From Eubacteriales bacterium (GTDB taxonomy: Bacteria; Bacillota; Clostridia; Tissierellales; Dethiosulfatibacteraceae): a stretch of 64,000 bases of DNA. The position numbers and the translations under genes are program-made. Below are positions 19,275-28,741 of the stretch, in pieces; the stretch's first letter is position 1, and each line of letters begins with the position of its first letter. Under the pieces are notes generated by a model. The model ran no database searches, was not told the DNA's origin, and saw only the letters and a list, made by a program, of their open reading frames with translations. The stretch spans positions 9,605 through 73,604 of the forward strand of contig JAWOEG010000019.1 in assembly GCA_046482875.1 (NCBI GenBank), given 5' to 3'.

Positions 19275-20660
19275 ATGAAGTGTTTTAATGAAGATAAACT
19301 AAAAGATGAATGCGGTGTAGTTGGAGTATATTCATCTAAGGATGAAATAGTTTCTCAACTTGCTTACTATGGATTATTTGCTCTTCAACATAGAGGGCAA
19401 GAAAGTGCTGGAATTGCAGTTAAATCAGGTGGTAAGATAAAATTTCATAAAAATATGGGGTTAGTATCAGAAGTATTTGACGATAAAATAATCAATGAAC
19501 TCAAGGGTGGCATGGCAACAGCTCATGTTAGATATTCGACTACAGGAGAAAGTCTTGCTGAAAATGCCCAACCTTTAGTAGTAAAATATAAAAAGGGTAG
19601 CATTGCTATATCTCACAATGGAAACCTTACTAATGCGGATGCTCTAAGAGATATGCTAGAAAACACAGGAGTAATTTTTCAGACTTCAACAGACACAGAA
19701 GTAGTAGCGAATTTACTATCGAGACATGCAAATGGAAATATGATTAAATCCGTAAAAAATGTTGTGGAAATAATAAAAGGAGCTTTTGCCTTTGTTATTA
19801 TGACAGAGAAAGAGTTAATAGGTATAAGAGATCAGTTTGGATTAAGACCACTATGCATAGGAAAAAGAGAAGATGGATATCTGTTGGCATCAGAAAGTTG
19901 CGCAATCACAGCAATGGGTGGAAAATTTATAAGAGATGTAGAACCAGGAGAAATAGTAGTAATAAACGAGGAAGGACTAAAAAGCGTTAAAAGCGATAAG
20001 TACGCTAATAGAAAGTCTTGTGTTTTTGAATATATTTATTTTGCAAGACCAGATAGCACAATAGACGGTATTAATATTTATGAATCAAGATTTAAAGCAG
20101 GAGAGCAATTGGCGGCTGAATATCCAGTAGAAGCTGATTTAGTATTTTCTGTTCCTGATTCTGGGACACCTGCTGCTATTGGTTATGCTCAGGCTTTAGG
20201 AATTCAGTATGGATTAGGATTGATAAAAAACAGATATGCAAAAAGAACTTTCATTCAACCCAAGCAGGATTTAAGAGATGAAGGAGTTAAAATAAAACTT
20301 AGTGTACTGGAGAATATAGTTAAGGGTAAGAGAGTAGTAATAGTTGATGATTCAATAGTAAGGGGAACTACAAGTAAAAGAATTGTAAAGATGGTAAGAG
20401 AAGCTGGAGCCAAGGAAGTTCATATAAGAGTATCCTCTCCCCCTGTAAGCTATCCATGCTATTTTGGGATTGATACACCATACAGAAGATATTTAATAGG
20501 ATCGTATAAAAGTATAGATGAAATAACAGAATATATTGGTGCAGATAGTGTGAGATATATTTCGCAAAAAGGACTTCTCAAAGCTCTTGGTCAAGAAGAT
20601 GGATTTTGTCTTGCCTGTTTAGATGGTAAGTATCCTATGGAGGTGCCGAATTTTGAATAA
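19275..20660 (+). CDS. purF: amidophosphoribosyltransferase
   Basis: A propeptide-like N-terminus ends in the catalytic Cys (MKCFNEDKLKDE-CGVVGV), and the PRPP loop is VVIVDDSIVRGTT. ATG 19275 is preferred because it is preceded by GGAGGA at 19259-19264. The longest ORF starts at 19254. Confidence 0.9.
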   Translation: MKCFNEDKLKDECGVVGVYSSKDEIVSQLAYYGLFALQHRGQESAGIAVKSGGKIKFHKNMGLVSEVFDDKIINELKGGMATAHVRYSTTGESLAENAQPLVVKYKKGSIAISHNGNLTNADALRDMLENTGVIFQTSTDTEVVANLLSRHANGNMIKSVKNVVEIIKGAFAFVIMTEKELIGIRDQFGLRPLCIGKREDGYLLASESCAITAMGGKFIRDVEPGEIVVINEEGLKSVKSDKYANRKSCVFEYIYFARPDSTIDGINIYESRFKAGEQLAAEYPVEADLVFSVPDSGTPAAIGYAQALGIQYGLGLIKNRYAKRTFIQPKQDLRDEGVKIKLSVLENIVKGKRVVIVDDSIVRGTTSKRIVKMVREAGAKEVHIRVSSPPVSYPCYFGIDTPYRRYLIGSYKSIDEITEYIGADSVRYISQKGLLKALGQEDGFCLACLDGKYPMEVPNFE

Positions 20661-21699
20661 AAATGAAAAATTAACATATAAAGATTCTGGAGTAGATATT
20701 GAAGCAGGCTACAAATCAGTAGATATGATTAAAAAACATGTAAAAAGTACTTTTACAGACGGAGTTTTATCAGATATAGGTGGATTTGGAGGTATGTTTT
20801 CTTTAGGAAAAGAAAAAATGGAAGAACCTGTATTAGTTTCCGGAACAGATGGAGTTGGAACAAAACTCATGGTTGCATTTAAAGCAGACAAACATGATTC
20901 AATAGGACAAGATGCTGTAGCTATGTGTGTTAATGACGTGGTATGTCAAGGAGCTAAACCTTTATTTTTCTTAGATTACATAGCAACAGGAAGGGTAAAA
21001 CCCAATAAAATAAGCAGTATAGTGGCAGGCATAGCAGAGGGTTGCAGAAAGTCGAAAGCTGCTCTAATAGGAGGAGAAACAGCTGAGATGCCCGGATTAT
21101 ACTCCGATGGAGAGTACGATATAGCAGGTTTTTGTGTCGGTATAATTGATAAAAAAAATATTATAACAGGAGAAAATATTAAAAAAGGTGATACTTTAAT
21201 CGGTATACCTTCCAGCGGATTACATAGCAATGGATATTCTTTAGTAAGAAAGTTTTTTTTTGAAATAAAAGAATGGGACACAGATAAATATATACCACAA
21301 CTAAAATGTACCTTAGGGGAAGAACTTCTTAAACCTACAGAAATATATGTAGAAGTTATTTTGAAAGTTTTAGAAAAATACAATATAAAAGGTATATCCC
21401 ACATAACTGGAGGAGGATTTTATGAGAATATACCTAGAATGCTGCCTGAAAATTTATCAGCAGATATTTATGTTGATAACATAAAAAAACAACCAATATT
21501 CAAACTTATAGAATCAGAAGGCAACATAGAAGAAAAAGAAATGTACTCTACATTTAATATGGGTATTGGAATGGTATTGGCAGTAAAGGAAGAAGATAAA
21601 GATGGAATAATGAAGATAATAAAAGAAAAAGGATATAATCCTATAATTTTAGGAAAAGTTTCAAAAGCTAGCTATAAGGTGAAGTTATGGAAAAAATAA
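20653..21699 (+). CDS. purM: phosphoribosylformylglycinamidine cyclo-ligase (AIR synthase)
   Basis: The conserved start context LTYKDSGVDIEAGY is present, as is DGVGTK. TTG 20653 is preferred because GGAGG lies 8 nt upstream. The track start 20623 would overlap purF by 38 nt. Confidence 0.9.
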   Translation: MNKNEKLTYKDSGVDIEAGYKSVDMIKKHVKSTFTDGVLSDIGGFGGMFSLGKEKMEEPVLVSGTDGVGTKLMVAFKADKHDSIGQDAVAMCVNDVVCQGAKPLFFLDYIATGRVKPNKISSIVAGIAEGCRKSKAALIGGETAEMPGLYSDGEYDIAGFCVGIIDKKNIITGENIKKGDTLIGIPSSGLHSNGYSLVRKFFFEIKEWDTDKYIPQLKCTLGEELLKPTEIYVEVILKVLEKYNIKGISHITGGGFYENIPRMLPENLSADIYVDNIKKQPIFKLIESEGNIEEKEMYSTFNMGIGMVLAVKEEDKDGIMKIIKEKGYNPIILGKVSKASYKVKLWKK

Positions 21700-22319
21700 A
21701 TATAGGAGTTTTAATCTCTGGATCTGGAACTAATCTTCAAGCGATAATAAAAAACGTTAATAACAATAAAATAAATGGTGAGATTAAGTTAGTTATATCT
21801 AATAGACAAGATGCTTTTGGATTAAAAAGAGCTGAAAAAGAAGGAATAAAAAATATTTTTATTAACCCTAAAGAATATCGTGATGACTATGATAAAAAAT
21901 TAGTGTCGGAATTTAAAAGAGAAAATATCCAGCTTATAGTACTAGCAGGGTATCTTAGAATTTTAACAAAGCCAATACTAAAGGAATATAGTAATAGAAT
22001 AATTAATATTCATCCCTCCCTTATACCTTCATTTTCAGGAAAAAAATTCTACGGTATCAAAGTACATGAAGAAGCAATAAAATACGGTGTCAAGGTATCT
22101 GGTGCCACTACTCATTTTGTAGATGAAGAACCTGATGGAGGACCAATAATTATTCAAGACACTGTTAGAGTGGATTACGAGGATAGGGCAGAATCACTTC
22201 AAAAAAAAGTTTTAAAAGTGGAACATAAAATACTTTCTGAAAGTATTAAACTATTTTGCGAAGGTAGACTAGAAGTTATAGGAAGAAAAGTTAAAATAAA
22301 AGACCAGGAGGTTATATGA
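21687..22319 (+). CDS. purN: phosphoribosylglycinamide formyltransferase
   Basis: 210 aa with [24 protein letters not shown] and a [17 protein letters not shown] motif. Confidence 0.93.
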   Translation: MEKINIGVLISGSGTNLQAIIKNVNNNKINGEIKLVISNRQDAFGLKRAEKEGIKNIFINPKEYRDDYDKKLVSEFKRENIQLIVLAGYLRILTKPILKEYSNRIINIHPSLIPSFSGKKFYGIKVHEEAIKYGVKVSGATTHFVDEEPDGGPIIIQDTVRVDYEDRAESLQKKVLKVEHKILSESIKLFCEGRLEVIGRKVKIKDQEVI

Positions 22320-23866
22320 GAGCATTAATAAGTGTGTCAGATAAAAAAGGAATTGTAGAGTTAGCAAAAAAGTTAGACGATCTAAAAGTAGAAATAATTT
22401 CTACTGGAGGAACTGCAAAAAAATTAAGAGAAAATGGAATTAAAGTTAAAGACGTATCAGAGATTACTGGTTTTCCAGAATGCTTAGATGGAAGAGTTAA
22501 AACTCTACATCCTAAAGTTCACGGGGGTTTATTGGCATCAAGAAACAATAAAAATCATATGGATGAAATTTCAAAATTAAACATTGAACCTATAGATATA
22601 GTAATTGTAAACCTATATCCATTTAAGGAAACGATCTTAAAAGAAAATGTAACTAGAGAAGAAGCAATAGAAAACATAGATATAGGCGGACCTACTATGC
22701 TTAGGTCTGCTGCAAAGAATTATCAAAGTGTTTCTGTAGTAGTTGATCCCAATGATTATGAAACTCTGCTAAAAGAACTAGAGGAAAAGGGTAAATTAAG
22801 TGAGAAAACCAACTTATACTTAGCCTCTAAAGTATTCCAACATACAGCTCATTACGATACTTTAATATTTGATTACATAAAAAAAGAAAATAATGATGAT
22901 ATATTTCCAAAATACCTAACACTTACATATGAAAAAGTTCAAGATATGAGGTATGGGGAAAATCCTCATCAAAATGGAAGTTTTTACAAAGAAGTATCTA
23001 ACAATGAGGGAAATTTAACTAAAGCTCAACAGCTCCATGGTAAAGCATTATCTTTCAATAATATAAATGATACAAACGGTGCATTGGAGTTAATAAAAGA
23101 ATTTGATGAGCCTACTGTAGTCGGTTGTAAACATTCAAATCCTTGCGGAGTGGGAAGTGGAGAAAATATATTTGAAGCATACAAAAAAGCTTATAAAGCT
23201 GACCCGGTCTCTATATTTGGAGGGATAGTAGTTGCAAATAGAAAAATAGATGAAAAAGTTTCAGAGGAAATAAGTAAAATATTTATAGAAATAGTTCTTG
23301 CCCCTGATTATACATCTGAAGCTTTAGAAATTCTTAAAAAGAAGAAAAACATAAGACTTCTTAAGCTGAAAGATTTGAATAAAGCAAGTGAAAACTCTTA
23401 TGATTTGAAAAAAGTTTCGGGTGGATTATTAATTCAAGACAAAGACAATAAATTATTTGAAAACAATCAATACCAAGTAGTTACTGATAGAAAACCAACA
23501 GAAAAAGAAATAGAAGATATGGTATTCGCGTGGAAGATAGTAAAATATGCTAAATCAAATGGTATAGCAATAGCCAAAAACAAACAATCATTGGGTATAG
23601 GACCAGGACAGGTTAGCAGAATTTGGGCATGTAAACAAGCAATAGAACATGCTGAAGAACACTTAGGAAGAGAAATACTAGTTGATTCAGTAATGGCATC
23701 AGATGCTTTTTTTCCATTTGCAGATAGTATAGAAGCTGCAAAAAAATCAGGTATAAAAGCAATAATTCAACCAGGTGGATCAATTAGAGATGAAAAAGTT
23801 ATAGAAGCTTGTAATGAAGCAGGTATTACTATGATTTTTACTGGAATGAGGCATTTTAAGCATTAA
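22316..23866 (+). CDS. purH: bifunctional AICAR transformylase / IMP cyclohydrolase
   Basis: 516 aa with an MGS-like N-terminus ([27 protein letters not shown]) and a C-terminal AICARFT domain ([19 protein letters not shown]). Confidence 0.95.
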   Translation: MRALISVSDKKGIVELAKKLDDLKVEIISTGGTAKKLRENGIKVKDVSEITGFPECLDGRVKTLHPKVHGGLLASRNNKNHMDEISKLNIEPIDIVIVNLYPFKETILKENVTREEAIENIDIGGPTMLRSAAKNYQSVSVVVDPNDYETLLKELEEKGKLSEKTNLYLASKVFQHTAHYDTLIFDYIKKENNDDIFPKYLTLTYEKVQDMRYGENPHQNGSFYKEVSNNEGNLTKAQQLHGKALSFNNINDTNGALELIKEFDEPTVVGCKHSNPCGVGSGENIFEAYKKAYKADPVSIFGGIVVANRKIDEKVSEEISKIFIEIVLAPDYTSEALEILKKKKNIRLLKLKDLNKASENSYDLKKVSGGLLIQDKDNKLFENNQYQVVTDRKPTEKEIEDMVFAWKIVKYAKSNGIAIAKNKQSLGIGPGQVSRIWACKQAIEHAEEHLGREILVDSVMASDAFFPFADSIEAAKKSGIKAIIQPGGSIRDEKVIEACNEAGITMIFTGMRHFKH

Positions 23867-23881
23867 TGAAAGGATGATAAA

Positions 23882-25135
23882 ATGAAAGTATTGGTAGTAG
23901 GATCTGGTGGACGAGAGCATGTTTTATGCTGGAAGTTAGCCCAAAGCACTAAAGTATCTAAACTTTTTTGTTTGCCTGGCAATGGAGGTATTGAATCAGT
24001 AGCTGAATGTGTTGATATAAAAGTGGATGATATAGATCAAATATTAGAATTTTCCTTAAAAAACAAAATAGACCTAGCAGTTATAGGACCAGAAGCACCT
24101 TTAGTAGCAGGAATTGCTGACTTATTAAAAGAAAATAATATAAAGGTTTTTGGGCCTGAAAAAGCAGGAGCTAAGTTAGAAGGAAGTAAGATATACTCTA
24201 AAGAGTTTATGGAAAAACACAAAATACCCACTGCAAAATTTAAAAAGTTTAATAATCCTCAAAAAGCTAAATTAGGTCTTAAAGAATTTGACCCTCCATA
24301 TGTTTTAAAAGCTGATGGTTTAGCAGCTGGAAAAGGAGTATTAATATGCAAAAATCTGGAAGAAGGCGAAAGAGCAGTTGAACAGCTGATGGAAAATAAA
24401 GATTTTGGGGCAGCTGGAGAAAATATATTGATAGAAGAGTTTTTAGATGGAATTGAAGCCTCGCTATTATGTTTAGTAAGCAAAAATAAAATCATTCCTT
24501 TAGAAAGTGCAAGAGATTATAAAAAAGCAATGGATAATGATAGAGGATTAAATACTGGAGGAATGGGCTGTTTTTCTCCTAATCCACTTTTTAATGAGAA
24601 CTTAAAAGACTATCTAAAAAGCAGGGTAGTTACTAAAATAGAAAATGGATTGGATAAAGAAAATATTAATTTTACAGGGATTCTTTTTATAGGACTAATG
24701 ATAAAAGATAATAAAGCAAAGGTTTTAGAATTTAATGTTAGGTTTGGAGATCCAGAAACTCAAGTAGTTATACCTAGATTGGAAAATGATTTAACTGAAA
24801 TCATACTAAAAACTCTGGATGGAAATATAAAAGAAGAAGATTTATTATGGTCGGACAAAAAAGCAGTTACCGTAGTATTAGCATCAGGAGGATATCCCAA
24901 GAAATACCAAAAAGGAAAGTTAATTAAAGGCTTAAATAAATTAGATGATGATATTATAGTTTTTCACAGTGGTACAAAAAAAAATAATGATAAGTTTATA
25001 ACTAATGGTGGAAGAGTATTAGCACTAACGGCACTATGTGAATCACTTGAAAAAGCAAGGGAAAAAGTTTATAATAATATTGTAAGTGTTAAGTTTGATA
25101 ACGTACAGTATAGAAAAGATATAGCGAAACTCTAG
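23882..25135 (+). CDS. purD: phosphoribosylamine--glycine ligase
   Basis: 417 aa with N-terminal MKVLVVGSGGREH, an ATP-grasp core and EFNVRFGDPE. Confidence 0.95.
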   Translation: MKVLVVGSGGREHVLCWKLAQSTKVSKLFCLPGNGGIESVAECVDIKVDDIDQILEFSLKNKIDLAVIGPEAPLVAGIADLLKENNIKVFGPEKAGAKLEGSKIYSKEFMEKHKIPTAKFKKFNNPQKAKLGLKEFDPPYVLKADGLAAGKGVLICKNLEEGERAVEQLMENKDFGAAGENILIEEFLDGIEASLLCLVSKNKIIPLESARDYKKAMDNDRGLNTGGMGCFSPNPLFNENLKDYLKSRVVTKIENGLDKENINFTGILFIGLMIKDNKAKVLEFNVRFGDPETQVVIPRLENDLTEIILKTLDGNIKEEDLLWSDKKAVTVVLASGGYPKKYQKGKLIKGLNKLDDDIIVFHSGTKKNNDKFITNGGRVLALTALCESLEKAREKVYNNIVSVKFDNVQYRKDIAKL

Positions 25136-25146
25136 AGTTTCGCTAT
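25121..25146 (+). terminator. perfect 26-bp palindrome at the purD stop codon (possible weak terminator)
   Basis: ATAGCGAAACTCTAGAGTTTCGCTAT is a perfect palindrome spanning the purD TAG stop. Only a weak T-tract (AATGTTTTAG) follows. Confidence 0.4.
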
Positions 25147-25169
25147 AATGTTTTAGCATCGAGGATATA

Positions 25170-25820
25170 ATGAAAAAAAAGACAAAAAAACTTATAAGAA
25201 AAATAGCATTGTTTTTACCCTTAGTATTTATATTAGGTATATTTGCTTTGAATTCTTATATTGAAATTAGTACAGAACCTTATATTTATGATAATTTAGA
25301 AAATATTCCTAAAAATGAGGTTGGATTATTGTTAGGGACTTCCAAATACTCAATCTATGGTGGAGAAAATTTGTTTTATAGAAATAGGATTGAAGCTGCT
25401 GCCGAATTATATGAAAATGATAAGATAGATTATATAATTGTTAGTGGAGATAACAGTAGTGAAGAATATAACGAACCTGCTAATATGAAAAATGATTTAT
25501 TAAAGAAAGGGGTGTCAGAAGAGAATATTTTTCTTGATTATGCAGGATTTAGAACTTTCGATTCCATCGTTAGAAGCAAAGAGGTATTTGGTCAAGAAGA
25601 AATTACAGTAATTTCACAAAAATTTCATAACGAAAGAGCAATATTCATAGCTATGTCTAGAGATATAGATGCTATAGCCTACAATGCTAAGTCTGTAAGT
25701 TTTAAATATGGATTTAAAACTCAGATAAGAGAATACTTTGCTAGGGTTAAAATGTTATTAGATATTGTTGTTAACAAGCAGCCTAAATTTTTAGGTGAAA
25801 AGATACTTATAATTAAATAA
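25170..25820 (+). CDS. SanA/YdcF (DUF218) family membrane-anchored protein
   Basis: 216 aa with an N-terminal TM anchor. The motifs LLLGTSKY, RIEAAAELY, IIVSGDN and ISQKFHNERA match SanA-like vancomycin-exclusion proteins. Confidence 0.75.
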   Translation: MKKKTKKLIRKIALFLPLVFILGIFALNSYIEISTEPYIYDNLENIPKNEVGLLLGTSKYSIYGGENLFYRNRIEAAAELYENDKIDYIIVSGDNSSEEYNEPANMKNDLLKKGVSEENIFLDYAGFRTFDSIVRSKEVFGQEEITVISQKFHNERAIFIAMSRDIDAIAYNAKSVSFKYGFKTQIREYFARVKMLLDIVVNKQPKFLGEKILIIK

Positions 25821-25837
25821 AATCGAAAGGATAAATA

Positions 25838-26605
25838 ATGAGTGAATTACAAGATTTGAGGCTAGCAGTATTAATTGATGCTGATAATGTGCCCTATTCA
25901 GATGTTGGAGCTATGATGGAAGAAATAGCACTATATGGAACACCAACATTCAAGAGAATATATGGCGATTGGACCAGACCTAATCTTTCAGGATGGAAAA
26001 AGAATTTACTTGAAAATGCAATAACTCCTATACAGCAGTATAGCTATACATTTGGTAAAAACTCAACAGATTCTGCAATGATTATAGACGCAATGGATAT
26101 TTTATATACAGGAAAAGTTGATGGTTTTTGCATAGTATCAAGCGACAGTGATTTTACTAGATTAGCTATAAGATTAAGGGAAGCAGGTATGAAAGTTTTT
26201 GGTATCGGAGAAAAGAAAACTCCAAATCCTTTTATAGTAGCCTGCGATAAATTTATATATTTTGAAATATTAGGACCATCGGACAATAAAAAAGAAGAGA
26301 AAGCAAAAATTAAAAAAGCTAACAATTATACTGCAAAAAATGGAAAATCTTACAGTAAGGTGCCAAAGGACGTTATAAAATTGATATCTGTAACAATAGA
26401 TAATTTAGCAGATGATAACGGATGGGCATTTTTAGGAGAAGTAGGAAGCTTGCTTTCTAAGAAAAGACCGGATTTTGATCCAAGAAACTATGGGTTTAAA
26501 AAATTAACTCCACTGGTTAAATATTTAAAAGAATTTGAAATAGATGAAAGAGATACCAACAATCCTTATGTAAAACACAATTATATAAGAAACAAAAATA
26601 AATAA
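25838..26605 (+). CDS. NYN-domain (LabA-like) protein with C-terminal OST-HTH/LOTUS-like domain
   Basis: The N-terminal AVLIDADNV, SDSDFTRLA and GIGEKKTP motifs are typical of NYN/LabA PIN-like nucleases. The C-terminal roughly 80 aa (GWAFLGEVGSLLSKKRPDFDPRNYGFKKLTPLVK) resembles the LOTUS RNA-binding module. Confidence 0.7.
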   Translation: MSELQDLRLAVLIDADNVPYSDVGAMMEEIALYGTPTFKRIYGDWTRPNLSGWKKNLLENAITPIQQYSYTFGKNSTDSAMIIDAMDILYTGKVDGFCIVSSDSDFTRLAIRLREAGMKVFGIGEKKTPNPFIVACDKFIYFEILGPSDNKKEEKAKIKKANNYTAKNGKSYSKVPKDVIKLISVTIDNLADDNGWAFLGEVGSLLSKKRPDFDPRNYGFKKLTPLVKYLKEFEIDERDTNNPYVKHNYIRNKNK

Positions 26606-26619
26606 AGAGAAACTAAAAG

Positions 26620-26661
26620 AACCTGCAGATATAAAAATGATATTATATCTGCAGGTTTTTA
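26620..26661. terminator. bidirectional rho-independent terminator between convergent genes
   Basis: Stem AACCTGCAGATATA (26620-26633) / TATATCTGCAGGTT (26644-26657). It is flanked by an A-run on the left and a T-run on the right. Confidence 0.8.
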
Positions 26662-26672
26662 TTATTATATTA

Positions 26673-27950
26673 TTATATTTCTTGAGGTAAAACTTTATTG
26701 AGTACTACCCCTATTAACGCTGCTAATGCAAGGCCTGATAGAGAAAGAGTACCACTAATGAATATGTTATCAACGGTTATTCCTAAGACTAGAATTAAAG
26801 ATGAAATTAGAAGGTTTCTACTGTGAGCAAAATCTAAATTTGCGTCCACCATTGTTCTTACGCCTACACTTGCAATCATTCCGAAAAGAATAATTGAAAC
26901 TCCACCCATTACAGGGAGAGGTATAGAACTTATAAGTGCTCCAAATTTACCTACGAAACTTAATATTATTGCAAATACTGCTGCAAATCTAAGAACAGAA
27001 GGATCGTATACTTTTGTCACTGCTAAAACTCCCGTATTTTCACTGTAGGTAGTATTTGCTGGTCCACCAAGAAATCCTGCTAATATAGTAGCAATTCCGT
27101 CTCCCATCATTGTTTTATCTACACCGGGATCTTTGAAAAAATCTTTTCCTACAACTGCTCCATTTGTTGTAATATCTCCAAAGTGTTCAATAAATATTAC
27201 TAGTGCTATGGGAGCAATAGCAGCTAATCCTGGTCCTGAAAAGCTAGGCATTGTAGTAATATGATCTACAGCCTTTTCTGAAAGTCCAATCCATTTAGCA
27301 TCTAAAACTGTAGAAAAGTTTACCAGGCCTAGAGGGATTGATACAATATAGCCAACTGTTACAGATATTAATATAGGTACTAATTTGAAAAAGCCTTTCG
27401 AAAATATTGAAACTACAATCATAGTTGTTATAACTACGCCAGCTGCAATAGCTGATTTAGGATCGAAGTAGCCTAAGGATGAACTACCATCGTATACATA
27501 GCCTGCCATACCTAATGCAACAGGAGCTAACCTTAAACCTATAACCATTATAACCGGGCCTGTTACGATAGGTGGGAAAAAAGATCTAACTTTTTCTACA
27601 CCAAAAATTTTAATAATGAAAGACATTAAAACATAAATTATTCCTGCGCCGATAATTCCTGATTTAACAGCTGCGATGCCGTGATTGTTAAGAGTAAGTG
27701 CTATGGCTCCTATGAAGGCAAAACTCGAACCTAAAAAAACAGGCACTTTTTTTCCAGTTATAAAGTGAAAAATTAAAGTACCTATACCTGCACACAAAAG
27801 GGCCATGGATGGATCAAGTCCTGTCAAAATCGGAACCAAAACTGTAGCCCCAAACATTGCTAGCAAATGTTGTAAACCTAAAATTGTTTTTTGAACATTA
27901 TCAAGATTTTGTGCTATACTTTTTGATGTGTTTTCTTTTAATGATGACAT
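26673..27950 (-). CDS. pyrP: uracil (NCS2 family nucleobase) permease
   Basis: 425-aa polytopic protein with NCS2 signatures (QHLLAMFGATVLVP, TYSENTGVLAVTKV). It is preceded by a PyrR-type attenuator, which favours uracil specificity. Confidence 0.85.
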   Translation of the reverse strand: MSSLKENTSKSIAQNLDNVQKTILGLQHLLAMFGATVLVPILTGLDPSMALLCAGIGTLIFHFITGKKVPVFLGSSFAFIGAIALTLNNHGIAAVKSGIIGAGIIYVLMSFIIKIFGVEKVRSFFPPIVTGPVIMVIGLRLAPVALGMAGYVYDGSSSLGYFDPKSAIAAGVVITTMIVVSIFSKGFFKLVPILISVTVGYIVSIPLGLVNFSTVLDAKWIGLSEKAVDHITTMPSFSGPGLAAIAPIALVIFIEHFGDITTNGAVVGKDFFKDPGVDKTMMGDGIATILAGFLGGPANTTYSENTGVLAVTKVYDPSVLRFAAVFAIILSFVGKFGALISSIPLPVMGGVSIILFGMIASVGVRTMVDANLDFAHSRNLLISSLILVLGITVDNIFISGTLSLSGLALAALIGVVLNKVLPQEI

Positions 27951-27980
27951 AAAAAAACCTCCTAATTAAATTTTGGAGAT

Positions 27981-28070
27981 AAAAAAGACTTCTTGTAGAC
28001 ACAAGAAGTCGATAATTGCTTCATTATTTATCTCCTTGTAAGTCTCACTGGACTAAATTAAAGGAATATT
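27981..28070 (-). promoter_or_regulatory. PyrR-binding transcription attenuator (anti-antiterminator hairpin plus terminator)
   Basis: The minus-strand RNA reads UCCUUUAAUUUAGUCCAGUGAGACUUACAAGGAG (28031-28064). This closely matches the PyrR binding-loop consensus (A/G)UCCAGAGAGGCU...AAGG. It is followed by the terminator GACUUCUUGU-GUCU-ACAAGAAGUC plus UUUUUU (27981-28010), then the RBS GGAGG of the permease. Confidence 0.75.
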
Positions 28071-28107
28071 TAATTCTATTTAATATTATAATTCTTTGAT
28101 TAAAATG

Positions 28108-28683
28108 TCAATACTTTTTAAATGATTTGTAATAGGATATTATTTCTTCATAAATATCATCCCAGTTGTATACTCTGATTATATTTTCCGGATCATCATA
28201 TCTATTAAAGCCTGTATCTATTAGAACAACCTTAATACCTTCAGCTGCTAATTCTTTTGATGTTTCTAAGTTATCTTCAATAAAAATGTCGCACTTTAAT
28301 TCTTTTGCTTTATTTGTTTTCTTAAAAGAACCAAGATGATGTGTATCATAATATACCTTGTTTTTCTTAAGCCATTCAATAGTTATAGGTTCTATGTGAG
28401 ATTCTCTTGCAGTAACATAGTTAATGTTGCAGAATTTTTCTAGTTTTTCTATATTTTTTTTAGCTTTTGGGCGTATGGTAGCTGTTTCGTGCATTTTTTC
28501 AGCATATTCATGATAAAAATTATCGAATTTTTTATAATCAAAATTATTATCCTTAAAATAATTCTCGACTGTATCATCATCATACTTATAATTTGTATTA
28601 AAATGATTATTTGCGTATTCAACCCAGTAATCAGGACTAGTTACTGTACTATCTATATCAATACATAAGTTTAATTTTGTCAT
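28108..28683 (-). CDS. HAD-superfamily nucleotidase-like protein (YqfW / 5'(3')-deoxyribonucleotidase-like)
   Basis: The DxDxT motif is at the N-terminus (CIDIDSTVT) and a late acidic motif is FIEDN. The start is placed at the second ATG (28683), because the first ATG (28695) lies inside the GGAGGG RBS. Confidence 0.55.
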   Translation of the reverse strand: MTKLNLCIDIDSTVTSPDYWVEYANNHFNTNYKYDDDTVENYFKDNNFDYKKFDNFYHEYAEKMHETATIRPKAKKNIEKLEKFCNINYVTARESHIEPITIEWLKKNKVYYDTHHLGSFKKTNKAKELKCDIFIEDNLETSKELAAEGIKVVLIDTGFNRYDDPENIIRVYNWDDIYEEIISYYKSFKKY

Positions 28684-28741
28684 TATACCCTCCATTTTTT
28701 ATAGCTTATAATAACACATAAGTATTAAAAAATAAAGATAT

